Shown in pieces: positions 30,791 through 42,900 of a stretch of 64,000 nucleotides of DNA. Source of the stretch: Diplonema japonicum (lineage: Eukaryota; Protista; Euglenozoa: Diplonemea); NCBI GenBank assembly GCA_964019335.1, contig OZ025696.1, forward strand, positions 372,001 through 436,000. The letters run 5' to 3'. Position 1 is the first letter of the stretch, and every line of letters begins with the position of its first letter. A program made the translations under genes and the position numbers. A model generated the notes under the pieces. That model saw only the letters and a program-made list of their open reading frames with translations, had not been told where the DNA came from and did no database searches.

Positions 30791-32500
30791 ACGCATTGCT
30801 CCCGCCTGCAGTTCTCCATGGCGCACACCCTCGCCCTCCTGCCTTTCAGCTGGACATGACATGACCCGCATTGACCCTGTGAGGCCTGGTAGGTCGCAGA
30901 CCAAGCATGCACATGCACCTTCTGCTTCTTCTTCTCCTTGCCTTGCAGCTTCCCTTCCGACGAGGTTGTTGGCTTCCTGTGACCGGGGCTGCTGGGGTCG
31001 GGCTTCTTCGGCGACGGAGAGGGTGAGGGAGTCTGGCTCCTCTGTCGCTTCGGTGACGCTGCCTTGTTCGTGTTCGTGTTCGTGTTTGTCTTTTTCGGGG
31101 ACACTGCACCTGCCGCCGCCGCCGTCACAGGCTTCTTCTTCGCCGTCGGCGTCTCCGTGTTCTGTTCCGGAGTGCCGCTCCTCTGCCGCTTCGGGGATGC
31201 AGCGCTTGTCGTGGCTGCTGGGGTCGTCGCGGCCCTGTTCTCCATCGCCCTGCGTGCCACCTTCCTTAGCGCATCTTTGAGGCGGTCGACTTCGCTCTGC
31301 AACTTCGTGACGAGCATTTTGTATTGCTCTAGCTCTGTTGCGTTGATCGTGGTGTCCTTCTGTTGTTGTTGTTGTTGTTGTTGTTGTTGTCGTTGTTCTT
31401 GCTTCTGCGGCTTCTTTGTCTTCTTCTTCTTCTGTTCTGTGGTCGTGTTCGCGGTCGCGTCCTTCTGCTCCCGTTCCTGCAGCTTCTCGGGGTCGGCGGC
31501 CGCCCAGTACTCCTCGCCCTTGTTCTTGCCGTAAAAACAGAGGAACTCGGGCTTGGAGTATCGTGTGTCGCAGTTTTCGTTGGGGTCCTTCCTCGTTTCC
31601 CCTTTCGCCACCACCATTTGCTGCATCCGGTGCTCCCCCACCTGCACCTCGCCGAACGGGGGCTGCTCTGCCGACTGGACCACCGCCAGTTGCCGCCCCT
31701 TCTTCGGGATGACGCGAATGACCGTCGCGTCCTTCCACCCGTTGTTCCGTAGCAAACCCTGCACCTGCTCGCCCGTGATCCCGCGTGGCACACCGTGGAG
31801 GTCGAACTTTCGTCCGGCCCCTGTTCCCACCAGCAAGCCGGCCTCCTGTGCTTTGTGTCTGGCGTCGTCGCTGTCCAGGTTCCCGTCTTGCACCAAACCG
31901 AGACCCCTCCCGTTGCTTGTGAGGGTGGCCGTAGGTCCTCCGATCCCCCCGCGCCGCCGCCACGTCCCACGTCCTCAGCCATAGTGGTGGCTGCTTCTCT
32001 CGCTTCCTCCTGCGGTCCTCTACGAACAAGCCCCCCGCACCAGCCTGCTTCGCCTTCCCTTCTTCGTTGGCCGCCACGTAGACCAGGAGGTCCAGCTTGG
32101 TCAGCTGTCCCTTCCAGGCCTCGCCTCTTGGCTCTGAGATCCCCCGCAGGGTGACTCCCAGCGCCTTGAGTGCCTTCACCGTCTCGTTCTTGGCGTCCGC
32201 TTGCACCTTCGCCCACCCGTCCTCCCCGGATGCGGCTCTCCACCAGATGGCTCGCAGTACGATCGTGCTGCTGCTGCTGCTGTCGTTGTCGTCGTCCTCG
32301 TCCATCCACTTCTCCTGCACCTCCTGCACCTGACGAGAAGGCCATTCCTTCGCCGTCACCTTCTGCGCTTGCACCTGCTTCACTGACCTCGCCATTCGCG
32401 CCACCTGCACCCATGTTGATGATGCTGCCTCCTTCTGGGGAGTTTGCTCCCCCCCCTTGGGAGGGGACCCAGGGCCACCACGTGGAGGTTCCCCAGCCAT
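30763..32500 (-). pseudogene. LINE-A ORF1 (frameshift at G6 run 31945-31950): N-terminal region, poly-Q, coiled coil, C-terminal Cys-rich finger
   Basis: Frame 29504-32500 reads to ..LWLRTWDVAAARG, then frame 30763-31896 continues IGGPTATL... and ends CGSC..C..C..CVSC. Homologous to LINE-B ORF1. Confidence 0.7.
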
Positions 32501-33108
32501 CTTTGATTGCGATTATTTTGATTAATTCCAACCCAAATTACCCCAAATAAAAGGCGAGGGGATATAAAACAAAACAAAAAATGTCGTTTTTTTTTTTTTT
32601 TTTTCTTTTTTTTCCAAAAAGGTTCATAACTTTCTGTAAAGCTCTTTCCCTTTTTTAAAGAGACTTCTTGCTTTTTTTTTTTTCAGAACGCACCATTCTC
32701 GCTTATGAGAGAATGGCGCTTCTTTTGTTTATGAAAATTCTTTTTTGCTGTGAGTTGAGTTTTTCTTTTTTTTTTTTTTTCCCCTTTGTAATACTGTAAA
32801 CCAAGAAAGTACTTTCACTCGAAAATAGCTATTCGCTAAAAACAAGAGGCCGTATTTTTGTTGTTGTTTGTACTAGCCCGGCTGACTTGCGAAGGGTAAC
32901 CAAACAAAGTTGCCATTACTCTTTTTAGCAGAGAAAAAAGGTTAAATAGTTGTAAATACTAAAAAGAAAACGAAAAAAAAAAAAAAACGAATGTTTTTAG
33001 GAGTGTTTCAGCAATTCATTTCAGAAAGTTTCTTGGTTTACACAATTTCATAAAAATATTACCTATTAAAAGGCTGTATTATTTTCTTCGTTTCTATCCT
33101 TCACCACC

Positions 33109-36100
33109 TCAAACCCTCACCGCCTCTATCATCTCTGCTTCGTCTGCATTATGAACCTCAGGCTGGAAGTTCTCGGTCGAGTCCATAAACTCCTGAATGG
33201 AGGGGTCCTGGCGCCTTCTGTGCATCACCACCGCTGCTGCTATCCCGCAGATGGCAAGGAGCCCGCCCAGGATGCCGAGGATGACAGGGAGCCAGTTGAA
33301 GGAGTCGTCGTCCCCGCACTTCTCGACAGGCCTCCCCGTCGCTGGTTCCTTGCTGCCCTTCTTGCAGGTGCACGTGTAGTCCTTCACAGAGTCGAAGGTC
33401 TTCATCGGGTCCTCGCACTCCTGCTCCTCCCCACACGGCCCTGACGAAGACGAACCCGACGACGGTGCCTCCAACCCGTCCTTCCGCACGAAGCACTCGT
33501 CGTACCCGCACGACCCCACAGGCCCGTTCTCCCTCGACCCTGTCCCCCACCCGCAGCTGCAGCGGAAGCCCTTCTCAGTAGCCGTGCACTCTTCTCCCGC
33601 CTTGCAGGGGTCCGCCTCGCACCCGGGAGCCTCCGCCCCGACCTTGCAGTCCGTCACAGCCTCCCCGGTTGCCTTCGACGTCCCCTCCTTGCACGAGCAC
33701 ACGAAGTCCCCGGTGCTCCCCGCAGTCTGCACAGGGTCCGTGCACACCTGGTCCGCCCCACAGGGACTGCTGCTGCACTCGTCGACAGGGCCAGCCTCGC
33801 ACACCGCCACCATCCCAACAGCCGTCGTTCCCTTGCAGCTGCACTCGAAGTTCTTCTTTGGTGTCACTCGCTTGTCGTCGTCTGTGCAAGTCTGCTTGTC
33901 CCCGCATGGGGAATCCTCACACTCATCCCTCTCGCACACCCCCACCTTGCCGCCGACACGCTTCCTGTCTGCGTCCGTCTTGCATGTGCACACGTAGTCG
34001 CCGCGAGAGTCCGCTGCTGTCTCGGGGTCCCTGCAGTTCTGGTCCCCCCCGCACAGGGACAGCCCGGTCTTCTTCGCCTCGGCACACTCGTCGAATTCGC
34101 ACTCCGCACGTTCCCCGACAGCCCTCACACTTGCCCCGCGACACATGCACACGAAGTCCCCCGCCTTCTCGCTCGGGTCGTGGCAGTCCTGGTCCGACCC
34201 GCACGGCTTCCTCCCGCACTCCGACCCCACACTCGCGGGGACGGGTGTCCCAGGTGCCCGTGTCTTCGGAACGTCCGTCGAAGGGGCCTTCGTCTGCCCA
34301 GGTGCCAGGGTCGAAGGCCTAGCCGTACTCGGGGCTTCTGTGGCAGGTGACGCTGTCTCACCAGGAACAAGGGTTTTTGGGACTTGCGTCGCGGGTGCCA
34401 TGGTGTCAGGGGCTGCCGTCTCACCAGGAACAAGGGTTCTTGGGACCTGTGTCTTGGGTGCCATGGTGTCAGGGGCCGCCGTCTCACCAGGAACAAGGGT
34501 TTTTGGTACTTCTGTCTTTGGCGCTGTCGTGTCAGGGGCTGCCGTCTCACCAGGAACAAGGGTTTTTGGGACCTGTGTCTTGGGTGCCATGGTGTCAGGG
34601 GCTGCCGTCTCACCAGGAACAAGGGTTTTTGGGACTTCTGTCCTGGGTGCCATGGTGTCAGGGGCTGCCGTCTCACCAGGAACAAGTGTCTTTGGGACCC
34701 GTGTCATGGGTGCCATGGTGTCAGGGGCCATTGTATCACCAGGAACAAGTGTCTTTGGTACTTGCGTCACGGGTGTCATGGTGTTAGGGGCTGCTGTCTC
34801 ACCAGGAACAAGGGTTTTTGGGACCTGTGTCGCGGGTGCCATGGTGTCGGGGGCCGCAGTCTCACCAGGAACAAGTGTCCTTGGAACCTGTGTCGTGGGT
34901 GCCATGGTGTCAGGGGCTGCTGTCTCACCAGGAACAAGTGTTTTTGGAACCTGTGTCATGGGTGCCGTCGTGTCGGGGGAAGCTGTGGTGCCAGGTGTGA
35001 CTGTTACTACTGCATTAGGTACTAGTGTGTCCGGAGCCATTGTTTCAGGTGCTCCTGTCTTACCAGGTGTAAGAGTAGAGGGTGTATCCGTGGCGGGTGC
35101 CGATGTTTCAGGTGCCATCGTATCAGGCGCATCAGTAACTGGTGCAGTGGTATCAGGCGCTACTGTGTCAGGAGTGCTTGTCGCAGGGGCGGTAGTGTCT
35201 GGTGCATCTGTCGCAGGTGCTGTTGTATCCGGCGACATAGTATCAGGAGCAGAAGTCTTACCGGGCGCAAGGGTGGGAGGAGTCTGCGTATCTGGCGCCT
35301 CAGTATCAGGTGCCTGAGTCATCGGTGTGTCAGTCGAAGGCGCTGCTGTGGCAGGAGAACTAGTAGTAGTCGGTGCTTGAGTATCAGGCGCGTTCGTGCT
35401 CGGAGCATCTGTTTTAGGCGCATCAGTAACTGGTGCACTTGTTGCACCACCACTGCCGGAGGGAGAGACGGTGTCAGGTGCAGAAGTTGAAGGTGCGTCT
35501 GTGGGGGGAACACCAGGGGCAGCGGTATCAGGTGCAGGGGTAGAAGGTGCGTCTGTAGGGGGAACACCGGGGGCAGCGGTATCAGGTGCAGGGGTAGAAG
35601 GTGCCGATGTTGGTGGGGTAGCAGTCTTATCCTTGCACAGACCAGGGTTCTTGGTGAAAACAGAAGAATCAGGTTCAATGAGGCCACCAGAGCCTTGTTC
35701 GAAAGGCTTGGTACCAGTCCAGTAACCCTGACCCCTCTCACCGTACTGGCACCCGAACTCCCACCACTCACCATTCCAACCGAAAGGACCAGGAGAGGGA
35801 CACTTCACAGCAGCGCACCCCATGGCATAGATGTTCGAGGAAGACATCTGTGTGTAGTGGGACACAACATTTCCATTACCCATGTCAGTGTTCCAGTTGT
35901 AGTCATCCTTCTCATCCCACCAGCTCTTCCCAAGGTACCCAGGGATGCCATCACTCATCAATGCCTCGCAAGCAGAGCCAGCACAGTAAGCAAGGTTCTC
36001 ACCAAGGTACTCGTACCCACCGACATCCTTGCGAACAGTGTTCTGGTCAGAGTGGGGCCAGTTCGAGTCACACTTCCCAATGTGTGCCGCAATGGTGGCC

Positions 36101-37743
36101 TCGATGGTCGTGTCCCACCTGATCTTGTGCATGTCCTTGGCGGGAGGGCTTGTGTTGGAACGCCATTCGTTGTGCTTGTCGAGGATGGCCTGCTCCCACA
36201 CAGAAAGGGGGCATGTGGAACCACCACCACCACCTCCACTGGAGGGAGCTGAGGTGTCAGGTGCAGAAGTTGAAGGTGCGTCTGTGGGGGGAACACCAGG
36301 GGTGGCTGTATCAGGTGCAGGGGTAGAAGGTGCGTCTGTAGGGGGAACACCGGGGGCAGCGGTATCAGGTGCAGGGGTAGAAGGTGTCGATGTTGGTGGG
36401 GTAGCAGTCTTATCCTTGCACAGACCAGGGTTCTTGGTGTAAACAGAAGAATCAGGTTCAATGAGGCCACCAGAGCCTTGTTCGAAAGGCTTGGTACCAG
36501 TCCAGTAACCCTGACCCCTCTCACCGTACTGGCACCCGAACTCCCACCACTCACCGTTCCAGCCAAAAGGACCAGGAGAGGGACACTTCACAGCAGCACA
36601 CCCCATGGCATAGATGTTCGAGGAAGACATCTGTGTGTAGTGGGACACAACATTTCCATTACCCATGTCAGTGTTCCAGTTGTAGTCATCCTTCTCATCC
36701 CACCAGCTCTTCCCAAGGTACCCAGGGATGCCATCACTCATCAATGCCTCACAAGCAGAGCCAGCACAGTAAGCAAGGTTCTCACCAAGGTACTCGTACC
36801 CACCTACATCCTTGCGAACAGTGTTCTGGTCAGAGTGGGGCCAGTTCGAGTCACACTTCCCAATGTGTGCCGCAATGGTGGCCTCGATGTTTGTGTCCCA
36901 CCTGATCTTGTGCATGTCCTTGGCGGGAGGGCTTGTGTTGGAACGCCATTCGTTGTGCTTGTCAAGGATGGCCTGCTCCCACACAGAAAGGGGGCATGTG
37001 GAACCACCACCACCACCACCACCTCCACCGCCGCCACCACCACCACCAGAGGAAGGTGCTGAGGTAGCAGGTGCAGGGGTAGAAGGTGCCGATGTGACAG
37101 GAGGGGAGTTTCCATCCTCGCAGAGAGCAGGGTTCTTGGTGTAAACAGAAGAATCAGGTTCAATGAGGCCACCAGAGCCCTGTTCGAAAGGCTTGGTACC
37201 AGTCCAGTAACCCTGACCCCTCTCACCGTACTGGCACCCGAACTCCCACCACTCACCGTTCCAGCCAAAAGGACCAGGAGAGGGACACTTCACAGCAGCA
37301 CACCCCATGGCATAGATGTTCGAGGAAGACATCTGTGTGTAGTGGGACACAACATTTCCATTACCCATGTCAGTGTTCCAGTTGTAGTCATCCTTCTCAT
37401 CCCACCAGCTCTTCCCAAGGTACCCAGGGATGCCATCACTCATCAATGCCTCGCAAGCAGAGCCAGCACAGTAAGCAAGGTTCTCACCAAGGTACTCGTA
37501 CCCACCGACATCCTTGCGAACAGTGTTCTGGTCAGAGTGGGGCCAGTTCGAGTCACACTTCCCAATGTGTGCCGCAATGGTGGCCTCGATGGTCGTGTCC
37601 CACCTGATCTTGTGCATGTCCTTGGCGGGAGGGCTTGTGTTGGAACGCCATTCGTTGTGCTTGTCGAGGATGGCCTGCTCCCATGCCGAGAGTGCGGGGC
37701 ATGTCGCAGACAGGACAGCGCTGACGGCTAGTGTCAGCAACAT
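33109..37743 (-). CDS. Surface protein C: 3 CAP domains (type I), ~465-aa stalk, EGF-like region, TM, tail
   Basis: Same architecture; start reassigned to the ATG of MLLTLAVS by paralogy. Confidence 0.95.
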   Translation of the reverse strand: MLLTLAVSAVLSATCPALSAWEQAILDKHNEWRSNTSPPAKDMHKIRWDTTIEATIAAHIGKCDSNWPHSDQNTVRKDVGGYEYLGENLAYCAGSACEALMSDGIPGYLGKSWWDEKDDYNWNTDMGNGNVVSHYTQMSSSNIYAMGCAAVKCPSPGPFGWNGEWWEFGCQYGERGQGYWTGTKPFEQGSGGLIEPDSSVYTKNPALCEDGNSPPVTSAPSTPAPATSAPSSGGGGGGGGGGGGGGGSTCPLSVWEQAILDKHNEWRSNTSPPAKDMHKIRWDTNIEATIAAHIGKCDSNWPHSDQNTVRKDVGGYEYLGENLAYCAGSACEALMSDGIPGYLGKSWWDEKDDYNWNTDMGNGNVVSHYTQMSSSNIYAMGCAAVKCPSPGPFGWNGEWWEFGCQYGERGQGYWTGTKPFEQGSGGLIEPDSSVYTKNPGLCKDKTATPPTSTPSTPAPDTAAPGVPPTDAPSTPAPDTATPGVPPTDAPSTSAPDTSAPSSGGGGGGSTCPLSVWEQAILDKHNEWRSNTSPPAKDMHKIRWDTTIEATIAAHIGKCDSNWPHSDQNTVRKDVGGYEYLGENLAYCAGSACEALMSDGIPGYLGKSWWDEKDDYNWNTDMGNGNVVSHYTQMSSSNIYAMGCAAVKCPSPGPFGWNGEWWEFGCQYGERGQGYWTGTKPFEQGSGGLIEPDSSVFTKNPGLCKDKTATPPTSAPSTPAPDTAAPGVPPTDAPSTPAPDTAAPGVPPTDAPSTSAPDTVSPSGSGGATSAPVTDAPKTDAPSTNAPDTQAPTTTSSPATAAPSTDTPMTQAPDTEAPDTQTPPTLAPGKTSAPDTMSPDTTAPATDAPDTTAPATSTPDTVAPDTTAPVTDAPDTMAPETSAPATDTPSTLTPGKTGAPETMAPDTLVPNAVVTVTPGTTASPDTTAPMTQVPKTLVPGETAAPDTMAPTTQVPRTLVPGETAAPDTMAPATQVPKTLVPGETAAPNTMTPVTQVPKTLVPGDTMAPDTMAPMTRVPKTLVPGETAAPDTMAPRTEVPKTLVPGETAAPDTMAPKTQVPKTLVPGETAAPDTTAPKTEVPKTLVPGETAAPDTMAPKTQVPRTLVPGETAAPDTMAPATQVPKTLVPGETASPATEAPSTARPSTLAPGQTKAPSTDVPKTRAPGTPVPASVGSECGRKPCGSDQDCHDPSEKAGDFVCMCRGASVRAVGERAECEFDECAEAKKTGLSLCGGDQNCRDPETAADSRGDYVCTCKTDADRKRVGGKVGVCERDECEDSPCGDKQTCTDDDKRVTPKKNFECSCKGTTAVGMVAVCEAGPVDECSSSPCGADQVCTDPVQTAGSTGDFVCSCKEGTSKATGEAVTDCKVGAEAPGCEADPCKAGEECTATEKGFRCSCGWGTGSRENGPVGSCGYDECFVRKDGLEAPSSGSSSSGPCGEEQECEDPMKTFDSVKDYTCTCKKGSKEPATGRPVEKCGDDDSFNWLPVILGILGGLLAICGIAAAVVMHRRRQDPSIQEFMDSTENFQPEVHNADEAEMIEAVRV

Positions 37744-38000
37744 GTTGTGGGATCTTCTTTGGTACAAAAGACCTTTTGTAAGGGTGCTTAAGGTACTTCA
37801 GATAAAAAAAAAAAAAAAAAAAACAATAAAAACGAGGGAGGAAGCGATTTCAGTAAAAAAGTCAGCTAGTTAATAGACCAAAAAAAAAAAAAAAAAAAAA
37901 AAAAAAAACAAATAAAGGGGGGCCTGTATTCTTGTAAAGGGAGGGTGTAAAAGGAAGGTGGAGAAAGGAGAAAATACGATATTATAGAGATTCCGTATCC

Positions 38001-38031
<31 letters not shown>

Positions 38032-38744
38032 CATTTGCATGCTGCAACAAAGAGCATTACCTATGTTTAAGGAGAATAATGGTAAAGTGAAAGGGTGTCA
38101 GGGGGAAGACGCAAGAAAAGAAAGGTATAAGGTAAAGTGCAAAGAAGCTGCACTTTGAAATGTATAAAATTGGTTCTGAAAAAGAAAAAGAAAAAGAAAA
38201 AGATTCAGAAAAAGGAAGAAGAAGCCCAGCTATGCAGTACTAAAGGCCCAATATCTTTCTTCGGCCTGGCCAGAAAAAAAGGTCGAAATGCATAACACAG
38301 CCGTTTTGTCCCCCTTTTTCTTTTTCTTTTTATTTTTTTTTCTTTCTTCCCAAACAAACTCATAACAAATATAATAAGAAAGAAAGAAAGGAGAGAATAT
38401 TTCTTTATCTTTATGAAAGTATTGAAAACTCGCGGTTTCGCATGCGTTTTCGTGTTAAATCTGTAAAATCTCTTTGGAAGAAGAAAATTGGTTTACAGTC
38501 TTTTTTATTCTTTTTTTTTTTTTCTTTTCCTCCAATTCCCCAACCAACGCACTCCACCCCACGTGTAACAAGAAACACACATAAAGCACACCAGTAACAT
38601 TGAAGAAAAAAAGGAACACACAAATATACACATTTACGGGGTGGGAAAGGCGAAGTTAGCTAAGAAAAGAACGGGAAAAAAAGAAATACTGGGGTAGGAA
38701 AAAAAAAAAAAGTGGCGCTAAAAAGACCACAAAAAGCCACATTA

Positions 38745-38780
<36 letters not shown>

Positions 38781-39317
38781 ACATTTTTCCCCAGTTTTCT
38801 TTAAAGTGACATGGTAAATGGGAAAAAAAAAAAAAAAGAAATTCCGAAAAAAAAAAACAGGGCCAAGGCAAATCTCGTTTTAAAAAAAACTTGTGGCGCA
38901 TCCTCCTTTTTTTCTTATATCAGAGTAAGGGAGAAAATAACAGCAAAAAAAAAAAAAAAAAAAAGGGAGCTTGTCATTGTTCTTAAAGGGCGATGAGTAC
39001 TAACGAAAGATCTCAATGTTACATAGAGAATATAGCCCCCCAAAGTGAATAACCCTGAGAACCCCAGTCTTGTTTATACAAGAGAAATCACACAGTCCTT
39101 CGTTTCTATTTGCCTTCTGTAAGAAGAAATGAAATATTTTTCTTTCTTTTTTTTTGAGGGGGGGTAGAGTTATTTTTTTTTTACCCCCACCTTTTTTTTT
39201 TTTCATTCGGCAAAACAGAGTAAAAGGAGGCACAACAAAAAAAAAAAAGAAGAAGAAAGAGAAACATCAATGCTGGGATACTTCACTTTTTTTTTTTTTA
39301 TCAGAAACCGAGGTTAA

Positions 39318-39352
<35 letters not shown>

Positions 39353-39671
39353 GGGGAAAGAAGGTTAAAAATCACCATCTTTAGGTCTCAGTTAGCCCAA
39401 GGAGAAACCTCCGTGTGGGGAAGTGGAGGGCGGGGGGGAGGGGGTTCTTAAAAATTGACTTCATACCTACTCTTGAATAAAATATTGGGAGAAGAATAAA
39501 GATTTCTCGAATTCGCTGTCAACACTCGTATCATGCCACCCGCCGCCCCTTTTTTTTTCAATCAGCTCGCAGCTCTACTACAAGAGCAACTTTCTTAGGG
39601 GAGCGCATGAATAAGCTTTTTGCTTGTGTCGGAAAAATCTTTTTAAAGAGGATGTAATAATAATAAAATAA

Positions 39672-39705
<34 letters not shown>

Positions 39706-39991
39706 CACTGCAGCAGTTGTGACCCTGGTTCACGTATCCTGTTCATCTGCGCCTAGACATGTGGGAGGATATAAAGGAGAGGACATGTAAGTATAAAAAG
39801 AAATTTAATAATAATAAAAAGAAAAAGATTTTAACATAAATGTTTTTAAAATTGGTTGCAGTCTGTCTTTTTGTTGGCATGTCATTGCAGTAAACGAACA
39901 CAAAATAGTAATAAAAGAAAGAAATAAGAAACATGATACGGAAGCGAACTCACTGCATTTAAGAGAAAAGGTGGCTTGTTTCAAAGTCATG

Positions 39992-42900
39992 TTAGAGTTT
40001 GAACGTCTCCATTTCTCCATTCTTAGCTGAGTACTCTGGTTCCGTGTACGTCATGAACTCTTGTATTGAAGGTCCGCTGCTCTTCTTTTTGCGCATCACC
40101 ACCGCTGCTGCTATCCCGCAGATGGCAAGGAGCCCGCCCAGGATGCCGAGGATGACAGGGAGCCAGTTGAAGGAGTCGTCGTCCCCGCACTTCTCGACAG
40201 GCCTCCCCGTCGCTGGTTCCTTGCTGCCCTTCTTGCAGGTGCACGTGTAGTCCTTCACAGAGTCGAAGGTCTTCATCGGGTCCTCGCACTCCTGCTCCTC
40301 CCCACACGGCCCTGACGAAGACGAACCCGACGACGGTGCCTCCAACCCGTCCTTCCGCACGAAGCACTCGTCGTACCCGCACGACCCCACAGGCCCGTTC
40401 TCCCTCGACCCTGTCCCCCACCCGCAGCTGCAGCGGAAGCCCTTCTCAGTAGCCGTGCACTCTTCTCCCGCCTTGCAGGGGTCCGCCTCGCACCCGGGAG
40501 CCTCCGCCCCGACCTTGCAGTCCGTCACAGCCTCCCCGGTTGCCTTCGACGTCCCCTCCTTGCACGAGCACACGAAGTCCCCGGTGCTCCCCGCAGTCTG
40601 CACAGGGTCCGTGCACACCTGGTCCGCCCCACAGGGACTGCTGCTGCACTCGTCGACAGGGCCAGCCTCGCACACCGCCACCATCCCAACAGCCGTCGTT
40701 CCCTTGCAGCTGCACTCGAAGTTCTTCTTTGGTGTCACTCGCTTGTCGTCGTCTGTGCAAGTCTGCTTGTCCCCGCATGGGGAATCCTCACACTCATCCC
40801 TCTCGCACACCCCCACCTTGCCGCCGACACGCTTCCTGTCTGCGTCCGTCTTGCATGTGCACACGTAGTCGCCGCGAGAGTCCGCTGCTGTCTCGGGGTC
40901 CCTGCAGTTCTGGTCCCCCCCGCACAGGGACAGCCCGGTCTTCTTCGCCTCGGCACACTCGTCGAATTCGCACTCCGCACGTTCCCCGACAGCCCTCACA
41001 CTTGCCCCGCGACACATGCACACGAAGTCCCCCGCCTTCTCGCTCGGGTCGTGGCAGTCCTGGTCCGACCCGCACGGCTTCCTCCCGCACTCCGACCCCA
41101 CACTCGCGGGGACGGGTGTCCCAGGTGCCCGTGTCTTCGGAACGTCCGTCGAAGGGGCCTTCGTCTGCCCAGGTGCCAGGGTCGAAGGCCTAGCCGTACT
41201 CGGGGCTTCTGTGGCAGGTGACGCTGTCTCACCAGGAACAAGGGTTTTTGGGACTTGCGTCGCGGGTGCCATGGTGTCAGGGGCTGCCGTCTCACCAGGA
41301 ACAAGGGTTCTTGGGACCTGTGTCTTGGGTGCCATGGTGTCAGGGGCCGCCGTCTCACCAGGAACAAGGGTTTTTGGTACTTCTGTCTTTGGCGCTGTCG
41401 TGTCAGGGGCTGCCGTCTCACCAGGAACAAGGGTTTTTGGGACCTGTGTCTTGGGTGCCATGGTGTCAGGGGCTGCCGTCTCACCAGGAACAAGGGTTTT
41501 TGGTACTTCTGTCTTTGGCGCTGTCGTGTCAGGGGCTGCCGTCTCACCAGGAACAAGTGTTTTTGGGACCTGTGTCTTGGGTGCCATGGTGTCAGGGGCT
41601 GCCGTCTCACCAGGAACAAGGGTTTTTGGGACCTGTGTCTTGGGTGCCATGGTGTCAGGGGCTGCCGTCTCACCAGGAACAAGGGTTTTTGGGACCTCTG
41701 TCTTGGGTGCATTCGTGTCAGGGGCCACCGTCTCACCAGGAACAAGTGTCTTCGGGACTTGTGTCTTGGGTGCCATGGTGTCAGGGGCTGCTGTCTCACC
41801 AGGAACAAGGGTTGTTGGAACTTGCGTCCTGGGTGCTGTCGTGTCAGGTGCTCGTGTGGAAGGAGCTCTCGTGCTCGGCGCCGATGTCTCAGGTGCTCCT
41901 GTCTTACCAGGTGTAAGAGTAGAGGGTGCATCCGTGGCGGGTGCCGATGTCTTCGGGGCTGTTGTCTCAGGCACATTCGTCTCCGGGGCCATCGTTGCAG
42001 GAGCCCCCGTCTTCCCAGGTGCAAGGGTTGAAGGTGTCTGCGTCTTCGGTGCTCCAGTGTCGGGTGCACTCGTCTCCGGAGAGACAGTCACAGGGGGGTC
42101 CGTGCGAGGTGACCTTGTTATCGGTGCCTGTGTCTTTGGTGCATCTGTGTCGGGTGCCGTAGTCTTTGGTGCATCTGTGTCGGGTGCCGCGGTGTCAGGA
42201 GCTCCTGACTTCCCAGGAACAAGTGTCATCGGTACTGGTGTGTCTGGTGCCCCAGTGTCGGGGGCTTCCGTCTCCGGTGCAGTTGTCTCTGGTGCGTCTG
42301 TAACCGGCGGCATCGTGTCGGGCGCTACTGTGTCGGGTGCTCCTGTCACAGGGGCCGTCGTTGCTGGAGCACTTGTCGCAGGAGCCCCCGTCGCAGGTGC
42401 CGCTGTCGCAGGAGCATCCGTGTCCGGTGCCGTCGTGTCAGGTGCTCCAGACTTCCCAGGAACAAGCGTCGTCGGTACCTGTGTCTTCGGTGCATCGGTG
42501 TCTGGTGCGGAGGTATCAGGTGCCACTGTCTCAGGCACGCCTGTTGCTGGTGCTGTTGTGTCCGGTGCACTGGTCTTTGGTGCAGTTGTGTCTGGTGCAT
42601 CCGTCTTCGGTGCCACGGTGTCCGGAACTCCTGTGGTGGGGGCTGTTGTGTCCGGGGGATTGGTCGACGGTGCTGTTGTGTCTGGTGCACTAGTCGACGG
42701 TGCACTAGTCGCTGGAGTGCTAGTAGATGGTGCAGTTGTGTCTGGTGCAGCAGTTGAAGGTGCTGTTGTGTCTGGTGCACTTGTCGCGGGTGACGTTGTG
42801 GTACCTGCAACCTTGTCCTTGCACAGACCAGGGTTCTTGGTGAAAACAGAAGAATCAGGTTCAATGAGGCCACCAGAGCCTTGTTCGAAAGGCTTGGTAC

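Larger units (their letters stand above)
26607..32500 (-). mobile_element. LINE-A: non-LTR retrotransposon (ORF1, 2A-like motif, APE, RT, CCHC finger, C-terminal domain), decayed
   Basis: APE motifs TVNV, CTQET, GDFN and RIDRI; RT motifs HRPITV, DFAKCFD, QGCPIS and YADD; CDIC..EHALWEC zinc finger. The 3' end is defined by the duplicated fragments; the 5' end is approximate. Confidence 0.93.

Noticed and set aside
29504-32500. 998-aa ORF as one real protein
   Set aside because: Its middle (~31940-30790) is the off-frame reading; the frame homologous to LINE-B ORF1 is 30763-31896.
32501-32730. Pr77/HDV-like ribozyme or spliced-leader remnant at LINE 5' ends (also 56952-57050)
   Set aside because: No recognisable match by eye; only an isolated hairpin at 32690-32719.
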